Source: Cyanobacteria bacterium P01_A01_bin.123 (GTDB taxonomy: Bacteria; Cyanobacteriota; Cyanobacteriia; Phormidesmidales; Phormidesmidaceae). Taken from it: 64,000 nt of DNA. Each line of letters opens with the position of its first letter. Position 1 is the stretch's first letter. Of the stretch, positions 36,858 to 47,361 are shown one piece after another. The translations under genes and the position numbers were made by a program. The notes under the pieces were generated by a model. That model did not search any database, was not told the origin of the DNA, and saw only the letters and a program-made list of their open reading frames with translations. The stretch spans positions 32,001 to 96,000 of the forward strand of contig JBCBZT010000020.1 in NCBI GenBank assembly GCA_039815185.1, given 5' to 3'.

Positions 36858-37444
36858 AGATATATAGATGAGGAACCGCCCAATCAAATCGGGTGATTGT
36901 TTGCATTTGGAGACAAGACATCACAGGCTTAAAGGAAGAATTAGGATTTGCTTGTTTAGCTTGATGCGATCCTAAACCTAATCTATGCATATCAAAGTAT
37001 ACACAACTGTCTTCTCTTCTCAGTCAGCGAGCATTAAACGTATATGCCACATTTAACTAGTTCATAGACACTTTTTGTATGAGTGCTGTTTCACAGATTA
37101 AGCTCTCCTAAGTTCATGCTTCCTACTCATTTATCACCATACTATCAGTGCTCTTAGAGACTACCCCAAAACCTTATCTGAGCCGAAGTGATACAGGTAC
37201 TAAGAAGTTGAAGAAACACCAGATAGTCTAGCCTTTTTTCTACCAATTCATCAGTAGCTATCGAAAGCGTTTCATCTAGAGAAGTGTATGTTTGACAACC
37301 ATTATCACGTATGGTGATTCGGAATCCCTCAAGCCATCAAATTGCGTTTGCGACAAGGCGGAATATGCCTCCTATGCCCTCCATGCAAAACCTGATATAT
37401 TTATCCTATCGTAGCTATTGCCTAAGTGGTTTAGGTGAAAATAA

Positions 37445-38494
37445 TTAATTCTTTAGGAGGTTCTTAAGGAATGAAGTGACGGAGGCTCTCGCTCTTTTGT
37501 CTTGTACTACTCTCTGAAACTGGTAAGTACCAAAGGTTGCTGAGGTCAACATAAGATCAAAAATATCTGACAATCTAGGCGTTAAGTGGGTGAGATTATA
37601 ACCTGCCGCCTGCATATAGGAACCAGAGATTTTCTCACAGATCCATACCTCAGTGTTGGTCAGTTCTCGACAAGCGCTATTCTTAAATGAGGAATTCCCC
37701 TTATCCAGAGCAACCTTAGCAGAGCTCCTAGTATCCAAGAAGTTTGCAAGACGCTCTGAGACTATCTCTGGTTCTTTAACGAGATGCTCAAACTTTACGA
37801 TTTCGACGGGTGCACGGTCTCGCTTAATAAATTCATTAACATTCTCGTAGGCTCTTTTCCAATATAAGGAATAGATCACTGGGTGATACTGTCGAGATTC
37901 ACCATCTTGATTTCCACTAGTTTTAACTCGGGGTAAGTTCTTGAAGGATCTCATAACCTTGCGGGGATCTCGAAGGATATAGATAAACTTGACGCCTGGG
38001 AAAAGATCGGTCAACTCATCCATGTGCATGAAATCTTGAGGTGTTTTATAACCCCAGCGATGTTTACCGCAGTGAACTGTTAGTCTCATTAACCACTCTT
38101 CAAGGACTTGAGGCCAAGTCAAAGGACTAATATCAAGTGCTTTCATAAGTTCATTCTCCATCTCAAATGTATCTTCCCATTCAAGGTTAGGAATGTAAAA
38201 GTTTTCTTCAAACCTAATTTTTGCACGTAATTGCCATGCTAGCTTGTTGATGAATCTCTTAAGTTTTTCCCGATCGAGACTCAAATCAAATGAGCTAGAA
38301 ATCCCTAAAGAAGCAGCTTTTTGATAAGGATATAGATCATCAAAAACGAACCAATCCTCTAAGCAAGAAATAGCATGAGACAAATATGACGAGCCACTTC
38401 TCGGCAGACCAACAACAATGACTGGTGGAGTTGATTTTCTGACAACTAGAGAAGGACTCTTGACGACTAATTCTGATTTTAGAGAGTCATCCAT
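37445..38494 (-). CDS. Sulfotransferase family protein
   Basis: 5'-PSB loop 'VVGLPRSGSS', 'WGYKTP', 3'-PB 'ILRDPR.V.RS', 'VKFEHLVKEPE'. Confidence 0.9.
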   Translation of the reverse strand: MDDSLKSELVVKSPSLVVRKSTPPVIVVGLPRSGSSYLSHAISCLEDWFVFDDLYPYQKAASLGISSSFDLSLDREKLKRFINKLAWQLRAKIRFEENFYIPNLEWEDTFEMENELMKALDISPLTWPQVLEEWLMRLTVHCGKHRWGYKTPQDFMHMDELTDLFPGVKFIYILRDPRKVMRSFKNLPRVKTSGNQDGESRQYHPVIYSLYWKRAYENVNEFIKRDRAPVEIVKFEHLVKEPEIVSERLANFLDTRSSAKVALDKGNSSFKNSACRELTNTEVWICEKISGSYMQAAGYNLTHLTPRLSDIFDLMLTSATFGTYQFQRVVQDKRARASVTSFLKNLLKN

Positions 38495-38880
38495 TTAGAA
38501 TCTCCAACATTAACTTCACTTTGAAGCATAATCATACTAAATTCTGCTCGATAATTTCTTGCATCTGAAAATTTAAACATTTTTTCTGAGGTCGGATGTT
38601 TTGCTTAAAATCTACTGAACAAAAGAGCAATCATTCCTTTAGAGAGCAATAAATAAGTGCCCACAAGTAAACGCAAATCTGGATTGCTAAGATACTTATC
38701 TAGGCATTCTAAGGGCATTGATTAGTTTTGGCCCCCTAGTTAATTTCCGGCGATCTACATAAATATGGTATATAAAATAGATAGAGTTATTTTTATAACG
38801 AAACACACTTTGGCTAACAGATTATACTCATGTAACTTGATTGACTTTATTGACGATGGCGGCACAACTTAGATATAAAT

Positions 38881-39113
38881 TTATTGAAAAATAATGTCTT
38901 GATATTGCCCAGCTTGAGCAATACGGTTCTTCAATATAAATATGATCGTAATACTAAATAATAGTTAAGTGGTGTGCAATAATAAGCGTTTTAGATCCTG
39001 CTAGCACTTTAATATTTTCCAGGACAGAGGTCATTAAGGAGGAAGAAAAGAAGTAAGGTTAACTCCTTAGGATGCCCTGATAAAGTGTATGAAGACTTTT
39101 TTAGAGAACCCAT
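38881..39113 (-). pseudogene. Internally deleted relic copy of the ABC transporter gene at 45491-47284
   Basis: 5' part reads MGSLKKSSYTLSGHPKEL (intact: MGYLKKFLYVFSGHRKQL); 3' part reads IKVLAGSKTLIIAHHLT (intact: IKALAGSKTLIIIAHRLT) and ends in the same TTATTGAAAA stop context; homology continues upstream to about 39222. Confidence 0.85.
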
Positions 39114-39339
39114 TTTACATCCTTCTTCAGGCAAAATTAATTCTCCTCAGCTACTTGGGCAATATCCGTCTAACCCATTACTACTTTATAGACAGATTTA
39201 AACACGCATGGGTTCCCTATCTGGTAATGACCGCTTAAGTGGGGATGTGGTGAAACCCTCTTGAGAGCAACATTTCTCTAAGAGATAAGCTCTGTCACTC
39301 CTTATATGAAATGTCAAAGCTCTGTCTTTAACTCACATG

Positions 39340-39758
39340 ATTTCTTTTTAATAATCAGCGCCCTTGGATTGAACAGGGTATTGACTCAGTTAGAGTTAAT
39401 GGGTGCTACTGATGATCCGACTTTTGAGGCATTCATTGCTCGTAGGCTAGTGTCAAAACTGTGGCCAAGTTCTTGTACCTTGTTGGACAGCCACTCAATT
39501 CATAAAAAGACGAGATTGAAGCTTGGATTACCCAGACCAATGCCCAGCTAATTTATTTGCCAACCTATTCCTGCAATTTCTCATGCATTGGAAACTCCTG
39601 GGCAAAAAGCAAATCAATATTGTGTTCTATTAGGGTAAGAACATATTTTAACTTAGTAGAAGCAATTGAAGAAGTATTTAATTCAATCTCCCTAAAAGAC
39701 ATTCAAGAATAGCTGAATCATTGTTACTACTCATCTCATCAGACTAAGAAAAGCTATA
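39340..39758 (+). mobile_element. Degenerate IS630-family transposase remnant (C-terminal DDE part)
   Basis: Frames read 'TFEAFIARRLVSKLWP...LLDSHSIHK' and 'LIYLPTYSCNFSCIGNSWAKSKSIL', matching the IS630 DN..IH / YLPPYSPDFSPIE.W.K.K pattern; frameshifts and stops present. Confidence 0.8.
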
Positions 39759-39773
39759 TCTGCAAAAACATAT

Positions 39774-40601
39774 TTATCGTGAAGTCTTGCAGATCAAAGA
39801 TTTTAGTTTATTTGAAAATCTTCTATAAAGTCCCAGTTTTGGATGAAACGGGTTTACATATAAACCTTCAGATTGTTTATAATTTTCTTTGTAGTAAGGG
39901 GTCTCACTATTTCGCCATACCTCATCGCTGCCTATATGAAATGTCAATCTTTCATCTTTAATCCACACAAAGTTTCTTGAGTTTATTTCTATCTGAGTCT
40001 TAAGTACTTGACCTACCGGTGGATAGCCAATATAAACATTTCCCAAACTAAGGGATGGAACAATTTCTCTTTTAAATACAAAGCAATCAATTCCGGGATG
40101 CATAATTCCATCTATATTATAAGCTAGTTCGACTGTGCTCTCATCAAGCAACACCCCCCCATACTCCTTCGGTAAATCTCTTCGGTTAATGCAAAATGCA
40201 TCATACCCTTTCTCAATAAACTCTCTCACTTTGAGGTAAAAATTCGGGCGTAGCCCTATATCAAGATTTGTGTATATAAAGTATTCAGCATTGGACGAGT
40301 TGTAGAGACTTAAGATTATGTCCTTTAAAAGAGGTAATGGCTTGTGAAAGGTCAAGCCCTTTAAAGCCTCAATATTCTCCCAAGCATATTTATCTAGATC
40401 AGCAGCCCACCTAAATTCAGCAGGAATGCTAACTCGTTCAGCCTTGTGCTTTAGAGCAACTAATTCAATATCAACGACGTTTTTTGCTACTTTTTTTGCG
40501 GTAACCATAGACTTCATCGTAAGCGGCTGAGCAATATGCAAGTAACTAGATTTCTTTGAATCATTTATTTCTGTAACATTTAAGACATGTGCAATTTTCA
40601 T
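39774..40601 (-). CDS. Hypothetical polysaccharide-cluster protein (possible GT-A-like fold)
   Basis: Intact ORF in cluster orientation; 'YFIYTNLDI' DxD-like motif, 'HPGIDCFVF'. Confidence 0.7.
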   Translation of the reverse strand: MKIAHVLNVTEINDSKKSSYLHIAQPLTMKSMVTAKKVAKNVVDIELVALKHKAERVSIPAEFRWAADLDKYAWENIEALKGLTFHKPLPLLKDIILSLYNSSNAEYFIYTNLDIGLRPNFYLKVREFIEKGYDAFCINRRDLPKEYGGVLLDESTVELAYNIDGIMHPGIDCFVFKREIVPSLSLGNVYIGYPPVGQVLKTQIEINSRNFVWIKDERLTFHIGSDEVWRNSETPYYKENYKQSEGLYVNPFHPKLGLYRRFSNKLKSLICKTSR

Positions 40602-40849
40602 GACTTTTACTAAATCAATAAGTTGCAAAAGTGTTTCTTCCCTTAGAACTATTTTTCCTTACTCTGCTCAGAATTCTGTTTGACGATTAAACTAATCAGT
40701 GCCTAGCTTCTGCAATAAACTCCTTACTTAGCTTTTGATTAGTATAAATTGCCTTAGCCAAGTTCTTACTAATGATTATGTTAGAATAAATTGCCACTTT
40801 CTGGCCAATGCTTTAACTTCACTGTGGTAAAGCCTTATTTACAGACACT

Positions 40850-41557
40850 CTACGATGCTCCATCATCAAAACGATAGTCAAATAGTTCTATATCTTTCGC
40901 ATAAATTTTTTCTATACACTCTCTCATTTCTGAGTCATAAAAATATGAATAATTCTTTGATCCTGAAGAAGCGCGTTGAATGTTTAACCCTCCTAATTGA
41001 GGAAGATTCAGCCGAGTAGCAATTGGCTTAAGGTCATATTCTCTATTCTCATATTTTGCAATGTAGTCGACCATGACTTCGCCATTTTTCCCCGAAATGA
41101 ATTCAGATGCTCCATAACGATGATAGGGATGTTGAAAAAGAGTGTTTGAGAAATCATTATTCGAAACAGCTTTCTCTAAAGAAAGGACATAATCACGAAA
41201 GCTCAGTTCTTGTGGGATTCTTCTTACTTTTCTTCTATATTCATAGAGTGAGTGAATACGATCCCATGGATTTCGCACAATTGTGAACGTAAATATCTTC
41301 CTCCATACTGATTCACCAAGGATGGCATGAATTTTCTCAGCAGGCATGTGATCTGGGAATATTTGTCTGCTGGCATACTGCTTATCTGTTAAATTTATTT
41401 TCCCGTAAGGAAAGCCAAAATGCGTTCCTAATTCTGCACGAATACTACTAGATGATGTCCTTGGTATATCAATAAACCAAAATCCATGTCTTAATATGTG
41501 GAAACAAGCATATTTTTCTTCAACTCTTTTGAATATACTTTTTATAGAAATTTTCAT
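40850..41557 (-). CDS. Sulfotransferase family 2 protein
   Basis: 'FIDIPRTSSSSIR', 'FTIVRNPWDRIHSLY', 'DYIAKYEN', 'YAKDIELFDY'. Confidence 0.88.
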   Translation of the reverse strand: MKISIKSIFKRVEEKYACFHILRHGFWFIDIPRTSSSSIRAELGTHFGFPYGKINLTDKQYASRQIFPDHMPAEKIHAILGESVWRKIFTFTIVRNPWDRIHSLYEYRRKVRRIPQELSFRDYVLSLEKAVSNNDFSNTLFQHPYHRYGASEFISGKNGEVMVDYIAKYENREYDLKPIATRLNLPQLGGLNIQRASSGSKNYSYFYDSEMRECIEKIYAKDIELFDYRFDDGAS

Positions 41558-42009
41558 GTGAAATTATCCTATGCTTCTAGCGATTGAACTGTGCGGCTCC
41601 AAGCAACTCTAACCCCTCATTAGCAATTACTGATCAACGCTGTGTTAGATATTGATCAGCTTCAGTTGATTCAATCCCAAGCTTGCCACCAAGATTCACT
41701 GAAGAATTTCGCCGTCTCCCCTTATTTTACTTACTGAATATTGATCAAAGATCCGGATTTTTTAGAATCTAGCGAGTATCTAGCGATTGGGTTAACCTGT
41801 ACATCTAGTAAGTTTACTTGTAATCTTTAGCTGTAAATTCGCCTCTAGATGCTTCGGCTCCGATTTCAGTTAGAAAATTACTCACCAGAAACTCATTGTG
41901 GTTTTCACCCCTCCTCTAAACCTCAAAATTTGGCTGCCCCTTACTGGACGGATAACTTCTATAATGAGTTCCTTTATGAGCAATACTCAAGGGGTAATGA
42001 TGAATTGTG

Positions 42010-42402
42010 ATAATGGATGAAATTCCATAACAAGCCAAGGCAGTAGCATGCCATTAACCATGCCACTGGCAAGGTTCTGACTTATGTTTTAGCTCCTCAT
42101 ACCGATGCCGCACTTGAGTCATTGATGCAGTTGTTAACACCATTTGAGATTGAGCGATTCTACACCATTCGCGAAGCGTGCCAAAGGCTTAGGTTGGGGT
42201 AGCTATGCCAGACTCCTGGAGGAAGACCAACATGAAGTTGGCAAGCAGCATACCCAGAAGATTGATCGCAAATATCTGACCTTGCGAACTCGGATCAAGC
42301 TGCTTAGCAAGAAGGACAATTTATTTCTCTAAATCCGAGTGGATGCATGACATTGCTATTGGGCTATTTGTTAACTGCTACGAGTTTGTGCTTAACATCT
42401 AG
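42010..42402 (+). mobile_element. Degenerate IS1-family (InsB) transposase remnant
   Basis: 'HAINHATGKVLTYVL...FYT[insert]GWGSY...GKQHTQKIDRKYLTLRTRIK...FSKSEWMHDIAIGLFVN.YEF'; stops and frameshifts. Confidence 0.85.
42167..42191 (+). repeat. Very small dispersed repeat (SDR-like) inserted into the IS1 remnant
   Basis: ATTCGCGAAGCGTGCCAAAGGCTTA sits where the Asp codon of the conserved FYTDGW motif should be. Confidence 0.65.
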
Positions 42403-42504
42403 CTCTTTCCACGAATAAACGCCTCAAACCTGGTTGAAACAACAATTATCTCTCACGTATCCTTGCTGCTTAAGTATGCGTTTGCCCTGGCTTAATACTA
42501 AGGC

Positions 42505-43335
42505 TTAAAATGAATATTCCTTCAGGAATCTCTGAAGTTTTTTGTCGATGTATGCCTTCTCAACACTACTAAAAATCTTATGATACTTAGCATGCCCTTT
42601 ATTGACTATAGAGGCACCTACATCTTTCCAATCTTCGGAAACCAAAATCAGTTTTGAAGATCTTTCTGAAAAAGCATTCAGCATTTCATAACAATAATCT
42701 ATTTCTACAAAATGACATATTTTCTCAACAACTTGTTCGGGGGAAGCAACTAGATCTTCATATCGGATCAGATAATGGTTTGGCTTTGACGAGCATCTAA
42801 GAGATCTTTTAATGTCTTTTTTCCACCTTACAATACATTCATCAATGCTTCTAGCACAGCCACCCCACTTATCAGGATAATTATGAGTAGCTTCATACAT
42901 TGAAGCTACAACATCTTTACCGTTTCTCAGAATGTGGATAACTTTCACATTAGATATAAAGCGATCTACTTGATTTAGATACTGTAAATGCCTTGGGGTT
43001 TTCTCTATCCAAACAGATTTTTTTGAGTTTAAAGCTACTTCATCCAACAAAGAGACAAAAAAATCAACATAATTTTTAGTTGAATAATTTTGGAAGGTGA
43101 TATCTGAAACCTCCTTAGTAGAGCCAATTTCCTCTAAAAATTCTTTGAGCCTCTTTGCCCCCAAAGTCGATGGCTTATTAAAGAATTTTGAAATCTTATT
43201 AGGCAACAAGCATGAAAAAAAGTGTGATTCTGGAAAAGATAGGATTGAAGGATGAGATGCGAGAATGGATTGAAGTAAGGTTGTCCCAGATCTAGGACAG
43301 CCAACCAAGAATACTCTTGTTGGTATCATCATCAT
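42505..43335 (-). CDS. Sulfotransferase family protein
   Basis: 'VFLVGCPRSGTTLLQ', 'WIEKTP', 'ILRNGKDVVAS', 'IRYEDLV'. Confidence 0.92.
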   Translation of the reverse strand: MMMIPTRVFLVGCPRSGTTLLQSILASHPSILSFPESHFFSCLLPNKISKFFNKPSTLGAKRLKEFLEEIGSTKEVSDITFQNYSTKNYVDFFVSLLDEVALNSKKSVWIEKTPRHLQYLNQVDRFISNVKVIHILRNGKDVVASMYEATHNYPDKWGGCARSIDECIVRWKKDIKRSLRCSSKPNHYLIRYEDLVASPEQVVEKICHFVEIDYCYEMLNAFSERSSKLILVSEDWKDVGASIVNKGHAKYHKIFSSVEKAYIDKKLQRFLKEYSF

Positions 43336-43445
43336 TCCTCCAAAGGATACTAGCAGTACAAAATATATGATTAGTTAAGCTTTGCAAAATAAAAAATTAG
43401 GTACAAGAAATGATTTTTTCTTTCTTTGATCCTACAGAGAATGTA

Positions 43446-44558
43446 TCAAATATTCTCAGAATAAACTCTAAAATGCTGTTTCCCTATGTCAACCCAGTCA
43501 TATTTTCGAGTTGAACTTATTGCTTGAGCAGACATATTTTCCCAAGATGATTGAGTGATATTCAGAGCTCTTAGCATTGCGTTCCCTAAGTATTTTTTGT
43601 CTTCGTATAGGAATCCATTCTTAGAATTCAGAACTATTTCAGGTAATACACCTTTTGAAGGAACGACTACAGGTTTTCCCATTGAAAGAGCTAAAAGTAC
43701 AGAGGCAGAATTTAAAATCTTCTTAAAAGGGAAAACTCCCCAATCAGATGCATTCATAAAAATTTGAATGTCTTCATTACGGATAAATTTTAAGTGGGGC
43801 ATAATACGTTTGTCATGCTCAGCAGACTCTTCAATTAAATTTTTGAGCTTTGTATCCGAGCAATTACCTGCAAGTAGTAGAACTATGTCTGAACGTCGAA
43901 TTTCTTTAAAGGCATGCAGCAAGTCATCAATACCTTTATAAGGTCTCATTAAACCGAAGTTGAGTAAAACCTTGCAATCCAAGGGGATGTCTAATTTTTT
44001 TCGGGCTTCATCGCGGCTAATTGAGTTGGGGATAGCTCCTATAAAATTCCCCAGAGGGATCACATGAATACGTTTCCTACGGCCATAGGTTGTTTGAACC
44101 TCTTGCCGACTGTAATTACTCATAACAATTATGTCGTCACATAAACGACTGAGCCCCCAGCGAAAAATATATTCACTGATAGGAATCTTTGCCTCATGAG
44201 ACAAACTATTATGCACAGTCCAAACAATCTTACAACCTAAAGACTTTAGCTTTCGAATTTGTATCAAATTCTCAATGCTTATCTGTATTGATTTAACTCT
44301 TCTAACAAAAAAGTTTTTTGTCTTATTTCCTGAATAACAATAGTGGTGTGCCCAATGCAGATGAACCACATCAATTTTCAAACTCTGGTTTTCAATAGCT
44401 TCCGAAATTTCGCTTAGGTGAAATTCTTTTGAAGTGAATTTAAAGAATGATACTTCAGCATCATACTCTGAAATAGAATCTGCCAGCATTGAGGTGTAGT
44501 CTTGCTCAAGAGTTGCCAGCAAAATTTTTAGCTTATGGTCTGTCTGTAAATGTTCCAT
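43446..44558 (-). CDS. Glycosyltransferase family 4
   Basis: 'VHLHW', 'IVWTVHN', 'FGLMRPYKGIDDL', 'LALSMGKPVV'. Confidence 0.92.
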   Translation of the reverse strand: MEHLQTDHKLKILLATLEQDYTSMLADSISEYDAEVSFFKFTSKEFHLSEISEAIENQSLKIDVVHLHWAHHYCYSGNKTKNFFVRRVKSIQISIENLIQIRKLKSLGCKIVWTVHNSLSHEAKIPISEYIFRWGLSRLCDDIIVMSNYSRQEVQTTYGRRKRIHVIPLGNFIGAIPNSISRDEARKKLDIPLDCKVLLNFGLMRPYKGIDDLLHAFKEIRRSDIVLLLAGNCSDTKLKNLIEESAEHDKRIMPHLKFIRNEDIQIFMNASDWGVFPFKKILNSASVLLALSMGKPVVVPSKGVLPEIVLNSKNGFLYEDKKYLGNAMLRALNITQSSWENMSAQAISSTRKYDWVDIGKQHFRVYSENI

Positions 44559-44633
44559 GATTCAAAGCTAGAAAGTTGGGCTATCAAACTATGAATGACA
44601 GTATTTCTGTGAGAAATCCTATAATAGATGTAA

Positions 44634-45368
44634 CTAATTGATAAAACCTTTAAACGCATTTCTCACTGTCCGAATTGGCCCCAAAGGCAGAGTTAGTAAT
44701 AATGATTTATCTAATTTGCTAGGATTGAGATTGCTAGAACTGTAAAGTTGCCAACCCAAAGTAGGTGTTGCAATCAACGTCCTCACATCAGGATTTCTTC
44801 GGCGAAATTCATTCATATAGCCATCAAAATACATCGGACCACAATCTGGATGATTTCTTGGTCTGTCGAAAGTACTTTCCATAAAATTCACCAGCCTTTG
44901 AGTTACTCTCTGGTGACAAGCCCAAAAGTGAGTTTGCCGAATATTTTGAGTAGGATCCACTAAGGAAAAAAGATGTTCAAATTCCTTGAGAGGTGATATC
45001 TTCTGATTGTCTAAATAAAGCTGATAACCAAAATAGACAAAGTCCCAGTCAAGGCTGTTAAGCTGCTCTAATACTTTTGTCTCTGAGCAAATAAGCCTTC
45101 GGCTAAAGACACAGTCTTCCTGCAACATCAATAAATGCTTAACTTTATTTTTAGCAGCTTGAGAAAGAATCTCATAATTACTCATGGCACACCCCCGGAC
45201 GCTTGCCTTAGGAAATTCTCCAGGCTCTTTGAACTTCAAACCTGGAAACCATTGTGCTTTATCCCCTAAGTCCAGCCTTTTAATTTGCTTTCTAATGCTG
45301 CTTAGCCGATCTTTCCTTTCTGGCAAGTAAACGATGGAGATTTGATCAAAGAAGTCACTGAATCTCAT
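44634..45368 (-). CDS. Glycosyltransferase family 25-like protein
   Basis: 'IVYLPERKDRL', 'GCAMSNY', 'LMLQEDCVF', 'WDFVYFGY'. Confidence 0.75.
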   Translation of the reverse strand: MRFSDFFDQISIVYLPERKDRLSSIRKQIKRLDLGDKAQWFPGLKFKEPGEFPKASVRGCAMSNYEILSQAAKNKVKHLLMLQEDCVFSRRLICSETKVLEQLNSLDWDFVYFGYQLYLDNQKISPLKEFEHLFSLVDPTQNIRQTHFWACHQRVTQRLVNFMESTFDRPRNHPDCGPMYFDGYMNEFRRRNPDVRTLIATPTLGWQLYSSSNLNPSKLDKSLLLTLPLGPIRTVRNAFKGFIN

Positions 45369-45490
45369 ATGACTGTATTCCTTCGATTTGCAGTAATAGG
45401 TTTACTTTCTATGGGCAATACTTTTTTGTTGGTGAGATATGCTCATATAAATTGCTTGCTGACAATAGCTGAACAGCTTGAATATAGTTT

Positions 45491-47284
45491 TTATTGAAAA
45501 ACAACATCCTGATATTTGCCAGACCGGGCAATCTGTCCCTTATCCAAGACATAAATCCGATCGCAATGCTCAATTGTGGTTAAACGGTGAGCAATAATAA
45601 TAAGCGTTTTGGATCCAGCCAGAGCTTTAATAGACTCACTGATCAACTGCTCTGTCTCATTATCCAGGGCTGAGGTAGCTTCATCTAGAACTAAAATTTC
45701 TCGCTGATGATATAAAGCACGAGCAATGCCAATGCGCTGTCGCTGCCCGCCAGATAGACGTACCCCTCGTTCACCAACTGAAGTTTTTATTCCATCGGGC
45801 AACTCCTGAATTAGTTCCTCTAATTGTGCTGCCTTAATGGCATACCAAAGCTGATCTAAATCAATATTCTTGTCTGGCATACCAAAGGCAATATTGCGCT
45901 CTATCGTGTCATCTAGCAAGAAAATTGACTGAGGGATGTATCCTACTAGATTTTTCCACCCGTCTAAATTCTCATAGATCGATAGATCATCAACAAGAAT
46001 ATCGCCACCTTCCGGCTTGAGCAAAGCTAGAAGCACATCTACCAATGTAGTTTTCCCAGCACCAGACTTACCAATGAGCCCGATAGATTCTCCCTGTCGA
46101 ATAGTTAGTGAGATTCTATCTAAGGAAACTGTTTGTGCAGTTGGGTAACGATAAATAATATCCTTTAGCTCTAGTTGACGATGAAAAGTTAATGCTGGAA
46201 CATTTGGATACAACTGCCCAGCGGACTTTGATATGATAGATTTTGCTAAAGAATGGACTCTCAATCTTTGACTCTCAATTTCTTTGAGATCGAGGTAAAG
46301 GATATCGAGGGTATATGCAGAATTTCGAAGCTTGTTAAGAGATTGAGTGATCTGACTTGTTGCTGGAACAAGACGAAAAGAAGCAACAGCAAATATTCCT
46401 ATTGTTGAGACAGCAGATTGGAAATCCTGTCCCAGAATGAATTTTGAGAGACAAATAAATCCAATAATAACGATTACTAGTAGAGTTTCTATCAATATGC
46501 GTGGGATAGCCTGTGAGGTTCGAAACAATGTCTCTAGACGAGCTTCCTGATTAACGTTTTTGCTAAGCTCTATTTGAAAATAGTCTTCGCATCCGATAAT
46601 GCGAGTTTCTTTAAGCCCTCCCAAACCCTGACCGACAGTTTTTACAGTTTGTGCCCTAAGCAAGCTGGCTAGCTGACCCCATCTTTTTATATATTTACTT
46701 AGTAAATGAAAGACCAAGAAGACAGGGGCCAGTATTCCAAGTGTAAACAAAAATAGGATTCTGTCAGCATTGGCCATCAGTCCAACTAGAACAATAACAA
46801 CAATAGATTTAGAGCAGAGCTCTACTATCGGCAAAGAAATTAGATTGGCAAACCGGAAACACTCAGCTGTTATTTTATTTATGAAATCAGCCGTATTCCG
46901 ACTCAAATGGAATTCATATGGAGCTAGTAGATAAGCTTGAAAGAGTCTTTTTTGAACTGCTGCCCGCTGAGTGAAAATCACTTTAATTGTATATGCCTTG
47001 CCAGCAAGAGAGCCAATTGACTTAACAATGAAAATAATTACAATAGACACGCCTGTAAAGATGACGAAATCGTCGGCGTTTTGAAAATTTAAATATTTGT
47101 ATAGAGCAGCAAAAAATGAGCTGTTATTAAGTGAATTCGGATCATTCGCCAACTCCATAAACGATCCAATCATGCCAATGCCAAAAGCTTCCAAGACGGA
47201 AACAGTCAGAAAAACGCCAAGGAGGATTAAGAGTTGCTTTCGGTGTCCTGAGAAAACGTATAGAAACTTTTTTAGATAACCCAT
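45491..47284 (-). CDS. ABC transporter permease/ATP-binding protein (PglK/HetA-like glycan flippase)
   Basis: TM domain plus Walker A 'GKSGAGKTT', signature 'LSGGQRQR', Walker B 'LVLDEATSALD'. Confidence 0.93.
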   Translation of the reverse strand: MGYLKKFLYVFSGHRKQLLILLGVFLTVSVLEAFGIGMIGSFMELANDPNSLNNSSFFAALYKYLNFQNADDFVIFTGVSIVIIFIVKSIGSLAGKAYTIKVIFTQRAAVQKRLFQAYLLAPYEFHLSRNTADFINKITAECFRFANLISLPIVELCSKSIVVIVLVGLMANADRILFLFTLGILAPVFLVFHLLSKYIKRWGQLASLLRAQTVKTVGQGLGGLKETRIIGCEDYFQIELSKNVNQEARLETLFRTSQAIPRILIETLLVIVIIGFICLSKFILGQDFQSAVSTIGIFAVASFRLVPATSQITQSLNKLRNSAYTLDILYLDLKEIESQRLRVHSLAKSIISKSAGQLYPNVPALTFHRQLELKDIIYRYPTAQTVSLDRISLTIRQGESIGLIGKSGAGKTTLVDVLLALLKPEGGDILVDDLSIYENLDGWKNLVGYIPQSIFLLDDTIERNIAFGMPDKNIDLDQLWYAIKAAQLEELIQELPDGIKTSVGERGVRLSGGQRQRIGIARALYHQREILVLDEATSALDNETEQLISESIKALAGSKTLIIIAHRLTTIEHCDRIYVLDKGQIARSGKYQDVVFQ

Positions 47285-47361
47285 CCTACATCCTTTTTTA
47301 GGTAAACTTAATTCTCCTTAGGCACTCGGATAATATCCGTCTAACTTGTTTGTAGACAGAT

